A stretch of 64,000 nt of DNA from Deferribacterales bacterium (GTDB lineage Bacteria; Chrysiogenota; Deferribacteres; Deferribacterales; Geovibrionaceae): positions 160,001 to 224,000 of the forward strand of contig JBFWJS010000006.1 in the NCBI GenBank assembly GCA_050253075.1, in the 5' to 3' direction. The notes beneath the pieces were generated by a model. That model searched no databases. It saw nothing but the letters and a program-made list of their open reading frames with translations, and was not told where the DNA came from. Below are positions 46,083-56,484 of the stretch, piece after piece. The number at the start of each line of letters is the position of its first letter. The first letter of the stretch is position 1. The position numbers and the translations under genes are program-made.

Positions 46083-46646
46083 TTAGTTTCCAAATTCTTT
46101 AGACACTGCAGCATCAAGTTCGTCTTGAGCTTTCTGTGCCTGGAATTGCTGCCAGAGAGCCTGATCGTTCTTCATGCTTGTGATAACCTGCTGCTTTGTA
46201 AGCTCAGCCACTTTGGAAGGGTCGAGCACAACGAGAACATACAGTTCTGAACATGGTGAAAACCAAGCGTCTTTCTGCATTGTTCCCTGAAGCACCTGGC
46301 TTGATACCTGCTTGGAAACAGATGATGTCACTTTATCAACAGTTTCAGCATCGCCTACTCCTGTAACCTGAGTAAAGTCTTTCATCATAGTGTTGACTTT
46401 AACTTCGATAACACGGGAGATCTCGCTTCTTGCATTAGCCATAGCTGCGTCTCTTGTGAACTGCATGCCGCCTGCTGATTTCTTAGCAGAGCCTGCAGCT
46501 GCGATAGCGCCTTCAACCTGAGGGTTGACAACCCATGCAGGAGCACCCTTGAAACAAGGGTCAGCGAGTTCTGTTTTTGGTTCGCCGCCGACGCATCCTA
46601 CGAGCATCAAAGATACAGCAGCAAGAAACAGTATAAGTTTTTTCAT
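46083..46646 (-). CDS. LPP20 family lipoprotein
   Basis: Lipobox LVGC; AP.WV.NP, A.GSA, A.A.AR.EI, ELYVLV; ATG at 46646 with SD GGAGG. Confidence 0.8.
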   Translation of the reverse strand: MKKLILFLAAVSLMLVGCVGGEPKTELADPCFKGAPAWVVNPQVEGAIAAAGSAKKSAGGMQFTRDAAMANARSEISRVIEVKVNTMMKDFTQVTGVGDAETVDKVTSSVSKQVSSQVLQGTMQKDAWFSPCSELYVLVVLDPSKVAELTKQQVITSMKNDQALWQQFQAQKAQDELDAAVSKEFGN

Positions 46647-46803
46647 GGTAACCTCCAAATAATCCTAATAAATAAATCTACCATACGGCTTATTAGGATT
46701 CTATTACAATTTCTTATAGGATAGTATATGAGACTTAAAAATAAAGTGATTTTTCACTACACATTAGATAAATAAGTGACATAATAAAATATGGAGAGTT
46801 CAA

Positions 46804-47610
46804 ATGAAAAAATACCTTATTTTGTTATTACTACTGGTTGCGGCTGCTGCATTCGCTGATGCACAGCAAACGGCGGAGACAACCCAAGCCGCTGAAACTG
46901 CTCAAACTGCCGAAACTTTACAGCAGACCGAGGCAGAACAACCTGCCGAAGCTGTTCAGACACCTGATCAGGCTGGCGTTATAGCCTCTTTCAAGGGGAG
47001 GGTCACACTCTATGACGGAGTATCCCCCAGAGGCACACAGGTGGAGACACCGGATACGCCGATCTTCCTGAAAAACAGGATAGCCACCAAATCTTCATCT
47101 ACTGCCGTGATATCCATGCTCGCTGAGGACAAGATCGCCCTCACAGAAAATTCTATGATGACCATAGAGGACATAAACACCTATAAGCCCGAAGGGGGCA
47201 AGGTAGTCTTTTCCATCAAGACCAGAGGGCAGGCATCCGGACTGAATATAGCCCTCACCAGTGCCGTCATCGGGGTCAAAGGTACTGAATTCCTCATCGA
47301 CACTAACGAAGACGGACGTCAGGACTGCTATATGAAGGAAGGCGTGGTAGAGGTTACGCCTCTGCACGGTCAGTTCAAAAAGTATATGGAAGTAAAAGTT
47401 GATGAGTATGAAGCATACGTAAGAAAGATGATGGGCGACTATGACCAGTATGTCAAAAAGCTCCAGGAAGAGTATGTCGAATACGTAGACAAGCTCGTCA
47501 TTAAAGCGGGCAACGCATGGAGCATCACAGGGAACGAAGTGCATAAGCTCGAATTCACTCCCGAAATCGAAGATGCTTTCAAGCTGTTAGACAAAGAAAC
47601 AAACCAGTAG
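46804..47610 (+). CDS. Secreted FecR-domain protein
   Basis: Signal peptide; L.ENS, AVIGVKGTEF, EG.VEV motifs of FecR-like beta domains. Confidence 0.75.
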   Translation: MKKYLILLLLLVAAAAFADAQQTAETTQAAETAQTAETLQQTEAEQPAEAVQTPDQAGVIASFKGRVTLYDGVSPRGTQVETPDTPIFLKNRIATKSSSTAVISMLAEDKIALTENSMMTIEDINTYKPEGGKVVFSIKTRGQASGLNIALTSAVIGVKGTEFLIDTNEDGRQDCYMKEGVVEVTPLHGQFKKYMEVKVDEYEAYVRKMMGDYDQYVKKLQEEYVEYVDKLVIKAGNAWSITGNEVHKLEFTPEIEDAFKLLDKETNQ

Positions 47611-47630
47611 ATTTCACATAATTTAATTAT

Positions 47631-47660
47631 AAAAAAAGGGGAGCAAAAGCTCCCCTTTTC
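47631..47660. terminator. Bidirectional terminator (FecR/glnA)
   Basis: AAAAAAAGGGGAGC-AAAA-GCTCCCCTTTT. Confidence 0.8.
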
Positions 47661-47682
47661 CATATCTATACTCAGATAAATC

Positions 47683-49089
47683 TTAGTTATCGTAGTACAT
47701 GAAGAATTCATATGGGTGAGGTCTGGAGTTGAGACCGGAGATCTCATCTCTTTTCCACTCGATCCAGCTAGCGATAGCGTCTTCTGTGAATACGTCTCCT
47801 TTAAGAAGGAAGTCGTGGTTCTTTTCAAGAGCGTTGATAGACTGCTCAAGAGAAGATGGCATCTGTGGGATAGCAGAAAGTTCGATCGGGTCAAGATCGT
47901 AAAGGTTTTTGTCCATTGGCTCACCTGGATCGATCTTGTTCTGGATACCGTCGAGACCGGCCATCATCATAACTGTGAAAGCCATGTATGGGTTAGCAAG
48001 CGGGTCTGGGAATCTTACTTCTACACGCTTAGCCTTTGGTGATGGGCTGTACATTGGGATACGCAGGGAAGCAGATCTGTTTCTAGAAGAGTAAGCAAGT
48101 GAAACAGGAGCTTCGAAACCTGGAACAAGTCTCTTGTAGGAGTTTGTTGTTGGGTTTGTGAAAGCTGCGATTGTATGAGCGTGTTTGATGATACCACCGA
48201 TGTAGTAAAGAGCCATCTCAGAGAGACCGGCGTACTCTTCACCAGCGAAGAGAGGCTTGCCGTCTTTCCAGAGAGACTGGTGTACGTGCATACCGGAACC
48301 GTTGTCTCCGTAGAGTGGTTTAGGCATGAAAGTAGCAGACTTACCGTGCTTACAAGATGTGTTTTTAACAACATATTTGAATGTCTGAAGGTCATCAGCC
48401 ATAGAGATCATGTCGTTGAAACGCATGTCGATCTCACACTGACCGCCGGAAGCAACTTCGTGGTGGGAGTTCTCGATGTAAAGACCGAGAGATTCCATTG
48501 TCATAACCATTTCGTTACGAAGGTTGAAGAGGCTGTCGAGTGGTGGAACTGGGAAGTAGCCTTCTTTTGGTCTGATTTTGTAACCAAGGTTAGGGCCTTC
48601 AGCACCTGTGTTCCAGTTACCTTCTTCAGTATCAAGGAATACGTAAGAAGTGTTTTTTGTTGTGTCGTAAGAAACGTTGTCAAATACGAAGAACTCAGCT
48701 TCCGGTCCGAAGTAAGCTGTATCTGCGATACCTGTAGACTGAAGGTATTTGATAGCTTTAGCAGCGATGTTTCTAGGGTCTTTTGTGTAGCGCTCTTTGC
48801 TTATTGGGTCAAAGATGTTACAGATCATGTATGCTGTAGGAACCGCTGTGTAAGGGTCCATTTTGATTGTTGCCGGGTCTGGGAGCATGATCATGTCAGA
48901 GTTGTTGATGGCCTGCCATCCTCTGATAGAAGAACCATCGAAACCGAGACCATCTTCGAAGATGTCTTCTGTTATTTCGTGAGCAGGAACAGTAGTGTGC
49001 TGCCACTGTCCGAGAAAGTCTGTGAAGCGAAAGTCGCAAAGTTTTGCGCCGTTCTCTTCGATAAATTTGATTGCATCTTTAGCTGTCAT
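47683..49089 (-). CDS. glnA: Glutamine synthetase type I
   Basis: FDGSSI, HHEVA, ATFMPKP, NGSGMH, NSYKRLVPG.EAP, adenylylation loop MDKNLYDL. Confidence 0.98.
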   Translation of the reverse strand: MTAKDAIKFIEENGAKLCDFRFTDFLGQWQHTTVPAHEITEDIFEDGLGFDGSSIRGWQAINNSDMIMLPDPATIKMDPYTAVPTAYMICNIFDPISKERYTKDPRNIAAKAIKYLQSTGIADTAYFGPEAEFFVFDNVSYDTTKNTSYVFLDTEEGNWNTGAEGPNLGYKIRPKEGYFPVPPLDSLFNLRNEMVMTMESLGLYIENSHHEVASGGQCEIDMRFNDMISMADDLQTFKYVVKNTSCKHGKSATFMPKPLYGDNGSGMHVHQSLWKDGKPLFAGEEYAGLSEMALYYIGGIIKHAHTIAAFTNPTTNSYKRLVPGFEAPVSLAYSSRNRSASLRIPMYSPSPKAKRVEVRFPDPLANPYMAFTVMMMAGLDGIQNKIDPGEPMDKNLYDLDPIELSAIPQMPSSLEQSINALEKNHDFLLKGDVFTEDAIASWIEWKRDEISGLNSRPHPYEFFMYYDN

Positions 49090-49128
49090 GTTGCCTCCTA
49101 AAAAATAACATGTTTTTTATTGGAATTC

Positions 49129-49533
<405 letters not shown>

Positions 49534-49567
49534 TTAACGTATCCGCAGCATAGAGAGAACTTTCAAA

Positions 49568-49606
49568 TGGCTAAAATTTAATCAATAGGTGATTATTTTT
49601 TATTCA
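49568..49606. promoter_or_regulatory. Candidate NtrC-type enhancer sites
   Basis: Two 17-bp TG-N13-CA sites, TGGCTAAAATTTAATCA and TGATTATTTTTTATTCA, 22 bp apart upstream of the sigma54 site. Confidence 0.45.
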
Positions 49607-50267
49607 GCACAGCTTTTACAAGCCCTATTCTCTTCTCTATATCTAATGTGTCTTTTTCCTGTTTCTCAGCGGCAGCCTTAATTATTGTCAGATCTCTTAA
49701 TATGTTAAGACTCCAGCCGTTGAATCTGTCTATCACAAGCGCCCTCTCGGCTAATTCTTCCGCAAGGGGAGCATCGCTCATAATATAACCAATGGCCGCA
49801 TTTCTCAGCAGCCTTGTTCTTGTATAGTCCGGTAATTCTTTATTATCAGAGAGATTTATGAGCTTTTCACCATCAGCGCCTGCGATCTCTGAATAAGGCT
49901 CAGGCAGAAGCTTCTTATCGTAATTAACCCCGGAAAGGTACTTTACAGCTTCTATTTCATTTTGACAAGAGCCAAGAGAGGCATAGTTATTTGCCTTTTC
50001 AAGGGCTGTCTGGTCTTCACCGCCCTCTTCCAGCACAAAACGTCCTATATATATACGAGACAGATTACACATAGCGTCCATGCTCAGAAACTGATATTCG
50101 GCCTTATTGAACGCTGCTTGTGCAAGTATCGGTTTGCCTTTGAGATAATAGTCTACAAAGTTTGCATAAACCTTGCTTCCATAGAGGAAATCAGGAGACT
50201 GAGCCTCTTTGCTGCTGCATGAAAAGATCATAAGGGAGATGATGAAAACAACGGCTGTCTTTCTCAT
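49593..50267 (-). CDS. Hypothetical helical lipoprotein of the Mla-like operon
   Basis: Lipobox IFSC; overlaps mlaD stop (ATGA). Confidence 0.7.
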   Translation of the reverse strand: MRKTAVVFIISLMIFSCSSKEAQSPDFLYGSKVYANFVDYYLKGKPILAQAAFNKAEYQFLSMDAMCNLSRIYIGRFVLEEGGEDQTALEKANNYASLGSCQNEIEAVKYLSGVNYDKKLLPEPYSEIAGADGEKLINLSDNKELPDYTRTRLLRNAAIGYIMSDAPLAEELAERALVIDRFNGWSLNILRDLTIIKAAAEKQEKDTLDIEKRIGLVKAVLNKK

Positions 50268-51271
50268 GGCAGCCTCACTTTCTCATCAGTCTTAACCCCT
50301 GTTCCGTCGTTGAACGGCCACTTTTCCTCAAGGTTCAGAAGTATGCGGTTTGTAGTATTGAGTATTTCATCCGTCTGAGCTTTCAGCTCTATTAGATCGG
50401 GCGAATTCTCTGCGATATCGGTGGACACCTTATTCACATTATCCAGCGTCGGCTGAATCTTCGTGACGGAATCGTCTATATTCTTAGCAAGATTACCGAT
50501 CTTTTCAGAGCCTTCTTTAATGGCGACGAGCCCTTTATCAAAGTTCTGAAGGACAGGCTGCGCCTCGTCTACTCTGGCACTAACAGCCTCGGTTATCCTT
50601 TTAAGGTTATCTTCTATTATCTTTATTTTATCCACTATGGATTCCACTTCGTTCTTAAGATAGTCGGAGCGCACAAGGTAGCCCACAGAGCCCTCTTTCT
50701 TCGTAAGGTCAGAGCCGACAGCGCCGACGCCGTCAAGGAGGTCTTCTATCTTCGATTTTTTGCTGGATATGGATGAAGTGACATTATCTACATTGGTAAG
50801 GATATTCTTCACATCTTCTATCATAGGCTCGACCTTGACCAGAAGGTCAGTGATGGCCTTTTCACGTTTAAGTTTATACACGTGTCCGTTTTCAATATCC
50901 GGGTCAGAGAGTGTCCCTCCTGAGAGGACGATAGCATTCGCACCTATCACTCCCTGCGCCTGTATCTTCGCCGCAGAGTCGGATTTAACCCATTTCTTGT
51001 ATTTCTCCGGTATGTTTGCCCTAAGTTCGACCATACCGTCATCCCTCAGCTCCAGCCTGTGCACACGTGCGAGCTGAAACCCGGAATACATCACAGGCAT
51101 ACTTTTAGACAGTCCCTCGCCCGAATCCGCAAGGAAAACAACCTTTATCTTTCTGGTAAAGACATCCTGCGTAACGAGGAAGCCCACAACCATGACAACT
51201 ATCATTATAATAGCTGCAAGGATGAAAAAGCCTACTTTAAGCTCTAAATTTTTAAATCTTGGGTCACCCAT
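50264..51271 (-). CDS. mlaD: MlaD/MCE family protein
   Basis: LKVG.F TM, GL....PV.YSG, DS.A.I...G..G, long helical C-terminus. Confidence 0.85.
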   Translation of the reverse strand: MGDPRFKNLELKVGFFILAAIIMIVVMVVGFLVTQDVFTRKIKVVFLADSGEGLSKSMPVMYSGFQLARVHRLELRDDGMVELRANIPEKYKKWVKSDSAAKIQAQGVIGANAIVLSGGTLSDPDIENGHVYKLKREKAITDLLVKVEPMIEDVKNILTNVDNVTSSISSKKSKIEDLLDGVGAVGSDLTKKEGSVGYLVRSDYLKNEVESIVDKIKIIEDNLKRITEAVSARVDEAQPVLQNFDKGLVAIKEGSEKIGNLAKNIDDSVTKIQPTLDNVNKVSTDIAENSPDLIELKAQTDEILNTTNRILLNLEEKWPFNDGTGVKTDEKVRLP

Positions 51272-51762
51272 TTATTAAAATCCTTTTCAGTGTATTCGTG
51301 CATATCGCTGAACAGTTTTCGGTTTAATTCGTTTTCAATAATAACCGATTTTTCGAGCTGTTCACAACGTAAAAATTCATGAAACCTTTCCTCATACTCG
51401 GCTGCATACATACGGCGGGGGCTGAGGAAAACTATCCATTCAGGGCAAATATACTTCACCTGAAGATATTTGACTATCAGCTTCTCAAAGTCGTCCAGAA
51501 GATTACTTCTGTAATCCTCTTTCCCCTCCATGCCGAAACGCTTAAGGTCGGCAGTGACGAGCTTCATCCCCTCTTTATAACTGATCTTGTGGTGATAATA
51601 TGCCCCCACAAGCATGTTCTCCGACACAGAGAGATTTCCAATAATAGGAAGCAAATTTGAAACAATTCCTATTTTTGTTTTATTTGCATACTGCATGAGC
51701 GTCTTGTACCACTCATCACGCTGGCGATGATTGACATAATATATAAAATACTTATAGCTCAT
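51244..51762 (-). CDS. Degenerate ABC ATPase-like protein (MlaF-like, no Walker A, signature or Walker B)
   Basis: KIGIVS....II.NLSV.EN resembles the Q-loop/helical subdomain; translationally coupled to mlaE and mlaD. Confidence 0.6.
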   Translation of the reverse strand: MSYKYFIYYVNHRQRDEWYKTLMQYANKTKIGIVSNLLPIIGNLSVSENMLVGAYYHHKISYKEGMKLVTADLKRFGMEGKEDYRSNLLDDFEKLIVKYLQVKYICPEWIVFLSPRRMYAAEYEERFHEFLRCEQLEKSVIIENELNRKLFSDMHEYTEKDFNKWVTQDLKI

Positions 51763-52535
51763 ATCAATGCTCCTAATACCTCTACAAGTATGAGAGCATA
51801 GAAGAGCCTAAGCATACCTTTAAGAAGTGCAATAGGTATTTCCGTCACTGCATTGCCCACCTGTAGAGCTGTATAGATTGGAATAGACATTACGAAATAT
51901 CCCATAAGCAGTACCTTTATCAAAAATACCAATACGATTTTAAAATTAAAAGCGTCAAAAATAGTCTGTATTAGAAAATCAAATGATATATTCAAATTGA
52001 AGCTCAAAATTAAATATCCGCCGATTATGGAGATATAAACAAATATCGTCGCCAGTGCTCCCATGCATACTACTCCCGAAAGGATTCTGGGGATGTAGAG
52101 GTAAACAAAGGGGTTTATCGAAAGAGACTTCAGTGTCTCGATTTCGTTGTTCATTTTCATAAGTGCGATTTCTGCCGTGACGGCGGTGGACGATCTGAGG
52201 GTCAAAAGTATAGCTACCACGATAGGAGCAAGCTGTTTTACTGTGACGAGCACGAGAATATCACCCACTCTGTCCTGTGCTCCGAACTGAACCAAAAAGT
52301 TGGTCAAACCACCGACCAGAGCGAGCCCGATAACTATGGAGATAAGGGAGAACATAGGGAGTATCTGCACCCCTGTGAAGTACACCTGACGGAATATCAC
52401 GAGCTTAACCGAAGGGTTAAGTAATCGAATATTAAAACACCCTTTTATGAAATTTATGGTGAAGTTGACATATCCATAATAAAATATGGCACTGTCTATT
52501 GCCCACTTACCTAGTTTTCTTATTATTTGCTTCAT
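51759..52535 (-). CDS. mlaE: MlaE family ABC permease
   Basis: QVYFTG...LP, LAP...A.....RS..A.TAEIA.M....EI..L....I.P..YL..PR. Confidence 0.88.
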   Translation of the reverse strand: MKQIIRKLGKWAIDSAIFYYGYVNFTINFIKGCFNIRLLNPSVKLVIFRQVYFTGVQILPMFSLISIVIGLALVGGLTNFLVQFGAQDRVGDILVLVTVKQLAPIVVAILLTLRSSTAVTAEIALMKMNNEIETLKSLSINPFVYLYIPRILSGVVCMGALATIFVYISIIGGYLILSFNLNISFDFLIQTIFDAFNFKIVLVFLIKVLLMGYFVMSIPIYTALQVGNAVTEIPIALLKGMLRLFYALILVEVLGALI

Positions 52536-52583
52536 AGTAAAGAGTATATCCTATCTTGTTAACAAATGAAACAAGAAATGCTG

Positions 52584-52612
52584 TTGACTGAGATATTGAA
52601 AATATGTATAGT
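52584..52612 (+). promoter_or_regulatory. Sigma70-type promoter of PFOR
   Basis: TTGACT, 17 bp spacer, TATAGT. Confidence 0.6.
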
Positions 52613-52688
52613 GACCTCACAACCACTCGAAATTTAATATACGTTAGCTTTAAAACATATTTCTAATCATCAAAAAAGGAGTGATGGT

Positions 52689-55600
52689 ATGTCTCAGAAG
52701 AAAAAAGTAATCATTGACGGCAACACCGCCGCAGCCCACGTTGCTCACGCGACAAACGAGGTTATAGCGATTTATCCTATTACACCCTCGTCTGTTATGG
52801 GTGAAATTTCAGATGAAAAATCTGCAATGGGCGAAAAAAACATATGGGGTTCTGTACCTAAAGTAGTAGAACTTCAGTCAGAAGGCGGCGCATCCGGTGC
52901 TGTTCACGGTGCTCTCTCCGCAGGCGCACTTACAACAACATTCACAGCGTCCCAGGGTCTCCTTCTTATGATCCCTAATATGTACAAGATCGCTGGAGAA
53001 CTTACACCTACAGTATTCCACGTTAGTGCCCGTGCAGTTGCGACACATGCGCTTTCTATTTTCGGTGATCACTCCGACGTTATGGCCTGCCGCCAGACAG
53101 GCTGGGCTATGCTCGCTTCTAACAACCCACAGGAGACAATGGACTTCGCTCTTATAGCGCAGGCAGCTTCACTTGAAAGCCGCATCCCTGTTCTCCACTA
53201 CTTCGACGGTTTCAGAACATCTCACGAGCTCCGCTCCACTGCTGCTCTGACACACGAAGAAATGGCTCATATGATCGATGATGAGCTCGTCAGAAACCAC
53301 AGAGCAAGAGCTCTCAACCCTGACAAACCAACAATCAAAGGAACAGCTCAGAACCCTGACGTATTCTTCCAGGCGAAAGAGACTGCTAATAAATACTACA
53401 CAGCATTCAACCCTATCATGCAGAAACAGATGGACAAGTTTGCAGAGCTCACAGGCCGCGCATACAAACTTGTAGACTATGTCGGTGCACCTGATGCTGA
53501 GAAAGTTCTCGTTATCATGGGTTCCGGTGCTGATGTTGCCGAAGAAGCTGTTGACTACATGACAGCAAACGGCGAAAAAGTCGGTATCATAAAGATCAGA
53601 CTTTACAGACCGTTCCCACTCGAGGGATTCATCAACGCTCTTCCTACTACTGTTAAGAAGATCGCTGTCCTCGACAGAACAAAAGAGCCGGGCTCTATCG
53701 GCGATCCTATGTACCTCGATGTACGTACTGCTATCGGCGAAGCTATGCAGATGAAGATGTTCAAATTCGACGGATATCCTACAATCGTCGGCGGACGCTA
53801 CGGTCTCGGTTCTAAAGAATTCACACCAGCTATGGTTAAAGCCGTATTCGACAACCTTGACGCTGACCAGCCTAAAAACGGCTTCACTGTCGGTATCGAA
53901 GACGACGTTACAAACCTCAGCCTTAAGTATGATCCAAACTGGCTCACACCTCAGGACGGCGTTTACAACGCTATGTTCTTCGGTCTTGGCTCTGACGGTA
54001 CTGTCGGCGCTAACAAAAACACAGCTAAGATCATCGGCGATCAGACAGACAACACTATCCAGGCTTACTTCGTTTACGACTCAAAGAAAGCCGGTTCTAT
54101 GACTACATCTCACCTTCGTTTCGGTAAGAAGAACATCAAGTCTTCCTACCTTGTACAGAAGGCTGACTTTGTTGCATGCCACAACTTCTCCTTCCTTGAG
54201 AAATACGACATGCTCAAATACCTTAACCCGGGCGGAACATTCCTCCTGAACAGCCAGTTCTCCGCTGACGAAATATGGGCACACATCCCTGAGATCGTTC
54301 AGAAGCAGATCGTGGCTAAACAGGCTAAGGTCTACACTATCAACGCTGTTAAAATAGCTGACGAGCTCGGTCTCGGACAGAGATACAACGTTGTACTCCA
54401 GACAGCATTCTTCAAAATCTCTGAGATCATCCCATTTGCTGATGCTCTCGGCGCTATCAAAGATGCTAACAAAAAATCCTACGGACGTTACGGCGAGAAA
54501 GTTGTTAAAATGAACAACGACGCTGCTGAAGCAGGTGCTACAGGACTTCAGGAAGTTCACTATCCCGGCGAAGGCGCAGCTCCATCCAATGAGGAGATCG
54601 TATTCCCTCTCGTTGGTAACTGTGTAACAGATCCTAAGGCCACAGCCTTTGTTAAAGAGACAACATCTCAGCTCGTTGCTATGAGAGGAGATGAGGTTAA
54701 AGTTTCTCAGCTTCCTGATGACGGTACATTCCCGCTCTCTACAGCTAGATTTGAGAAGCGTAACATCGCTGTAAACATGCCTGAGTGGAACACAGAGCTT
54801 TGCATCCAGTGCGGTATCTGTTCATTCGTTTGTCCTCACGCTTCTATCAGAACAATGGTGTACGAGCCTGCTCTTCTCGACAAAGCTCCTGCAGCATTCA
54901 AATCTATGGATGCAAAAGGCAAGGAATTCGCAGGCATGAAGTTTACAGTTCAGGTTGCTCCTGAAGACTGTACAGGCTGCGGCGCTTGTGTTTACAACTG
55001 TCCTGCCAAAGACAAAACTAACCCTGAGATCAAAGCTATCAACATGAAGCCACAGGTTGAACTCAGAGATCAGGAAGTCATTAACTGGGACTTCTTCACA
55101 ACTATCCCTGAGCTTCCGATCGATAAATATAACAAAGCAAGCCTTAAAGGCTCTCAGCTTGCTCCACACATGTTCGAGTTCTCCGGAGCTTGTGCAGGCT
55201 GTGGTGAAACACCATACGTAAGACTCCTCTCCTCACTTTTCGGTGACAGAGCACTTATATCCAACGCCACAGGTTGTTCATCTATCTACGGTGGTAACCT
55301 TCCGACTACTCCATATTGCACAAGAGCAGACGGACGCGGACCGGCATGGAGTAACTCACTCTTCGAGGACAACGCAGAATTCGGTTTCGGATTCAGACTT
55401 ACAGTTGATCAGTTCAACAAGCAGGCGACAGAGCTCCTCGACAGAGTCGCAGGTCTTGATGCTAAGCTCGTAGCTGACATCAAATCTGCTGACCAGTCTA
55501 CAGAAGCAGGCATCGAAGCACAGCGTGCGAGAGTTGCAGAACTCAAAGCTGCTTGTCTTAAGATAGGCTCTTCTGAAGCTAAAAACCTTGAGTCACTCGC

Positions 55601-56276
55601 TGACTACCTCGTTAAAAAATCCGTATGGATGGTAGGTGGTGACGGCTGGGCTTACGATATCGGTTACGGCGGTCTCGACCACGTACTCGCATCTACAGAA
55701 AACTTTAACATACTCGTACTCGATACAGAGGTTTACTCTAACACCGGCGGTCAGGCTTCTAAGTCTACTCCTATCGGTGCTCAGGCTAAATTCGCTACTT
55801 CCGGTAAAGAAGCAGAGAAGAAAGACCTCGGTATGATCGCTATGACATACGGCCACATCTATGTTGCGAAGGTATCTCTGGCTAACCCTGCTCAGGTTAT
55901 CAAAGCATTCGTAGAGGCAGAAGCTCACGACGGACCTTCTCTCATCATCGCATACTCACACTGTATCGCTCACGGTATAGACATGACATCCGGTGTTGAA
56001 GCTCAGAAGAAAGCTGTTGCTTCCGGCTACTGGCCGCTGTTCAGATTCAACCCTGCTCTCAGAGGAGAAGGTAAGAATCCGCTCACTATCGACAGCAAAG
56101 AGCCTTCAATGACTATCAAGGAATTCATGGCTACTGAAAACAGATTCCGTGTTGTTCAGAAGATGTTCCCTGAGATGGCAGAGAAGCTCGGCGATTTCGC
56201 TCAGAAAAAGGCTAACCAGCGTCTTAAACTCTACAGCGAACTTGCAAAAGTTGACTGTTCAATCGACGACAAATAG
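52689..56276 (+). CDS. nifJ: Pyruvate:ferredoxin (flavodoxin) oxidoreductase
   Basis: IYPITPSS, QSEGGA, GLGSDGTVGANKN, two ferredoxin motifs (CIQCGICSFVCP, CTGCGACVYNCP), GACAGCGET, GGDGWAYDIG. Confidence 0.97.
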   Translation: MSQKKKVIIDGNTAAAHVAHATNEVIAIYPITPSSVMGEISDEKSAMGEKNIWGSVPKVVELQSEGGASGAVHGALSAGALTTTFTASQGLLLMIPNMYKIAGELTPTVFHVSARAVATHALSIFGDHSDVMACRQTGWAMLASNNPQETMDFALIAQAASLESRIPVLHYFDGFRTSHELRSTAALTHEEMAHMIDDELVRNHRARALNPDKPTIKGTAQNPDVFFQAKETANKYYTAFNPIMQKQMDKFAELTGRAYKLVDYVGAPDAEKVLVIMGSGADVAEEAVDYMTANGEKVGIIKIRLYRPFPLEGFINALPTTVKKIAVLDRTKEPGSIGDPMYLDVRTAIGEAMQMKMFKFDGYPTIVGGRYGLGSKEFTPAMVKAVFDNLDADQPKNGFTVGIEDDVTNLSLKYDPNWLTPQDGVYNAMFFGLGSDGTVGANKNTAKIIGDQTDNTIQAYFVYDSKKAGSMTTSHLRFGKKNIKSSYLVQKADFVACHNFSFLEKYDMLKYLNPGGTFLLNSQFSADEIWAHIPEIVQKQIVAKQAKVYTINAVKIADELGLGQRYNVVLQTAFFKISEIIPFADALGAIKDANKKSYGRYGEKVVKMNNDAAEAGATGLQEVHYPGEGAAPSNEEIVFPLVGNCVTDPKATAFVKETTSQLVAMRGDEVKVSQLPDDGTFPLSTARFEKRNIAVNMPEWNTELCIQCGICSFVCPHASIRTMVYEPALLDKAPAAFKSMDAKGKEFAGMKFTVQVAPEDCTGCGACVYNCPAKDKTNPEIKAINMKPQVELRDQEVINWDFFTTIPELPIDKYNKASLKGSQLAPHMFEFSGACAGCGETPYVRLLSSLFGDRALISNATGCSSIYGGNLPTTPYCTRADGRGPAWSNSLFEDNAEFGFGFRLTVDQFNKQATELLDRVAGLDAKLVADIKSADQSTEAGIEAQRARVAELKAACLKIGSSEAKNLESLADYLVKKSVWMVGGDGWAYDIGYGGLDHVLASTENFNILVLDTEVYSNTGGQASKSTPIGAQAKFATSGKEAEKKDLGMIAMTYGHIYVAKVSLANPAQVIKAFVEAEAHDGPSLIIAYSHCIAHGIDMTSGVEAQKKAVASGYWPLFRFNPALRGEGKNPLTIDSKEPSMTIKEFMATENRFRVVQKMFPEMAEKLGDFAQKKANQRLKLYSELAKVDCSIDDK

Positions 56277-56294
56277 TCACACTGACATAAACGT

Positions 56295-56322
56295 AAAAGG
56301 GGAGCTTCGGCTCCCCTTTTTT
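56295..56322 (+). terminator. Rho-independent terminator (cUUCGg loop)
   Basis: AAAAGGGGAGC-TTCG-GCTCCCCTTTTTT. Confidence 0.85.
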
Positions 56323-56484
56323 CATTACTGCTTAATATATCCGAAATTTATCTTTCAAACTCTTAATAGACCTGTGTATATCCTTGTTAACAAATAATTA
56401 GATAAAATTATAATTTATAAAATGATGACATTTTTAATAATTTAGTTGGTAAAATATAAATATATTCAACTAGGCGGTATTTAT

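Noticed and set aside
46860..46965. Imperfect 18-bp tandem repeats (TAETTQ/AAETAQ/TAETLQ)
   Set aside because: In-frame low-complexity linker after the signal peptide; no spacer structure, so not CRISPR.
48175..49101. 308-aa ORF antisense to glnA
   Set aside because: Typical antisense open frame caused by codon bias in a highly expressed gene. The same applies to shadows over actP-like, leuS, malic enzyme and nifJ.
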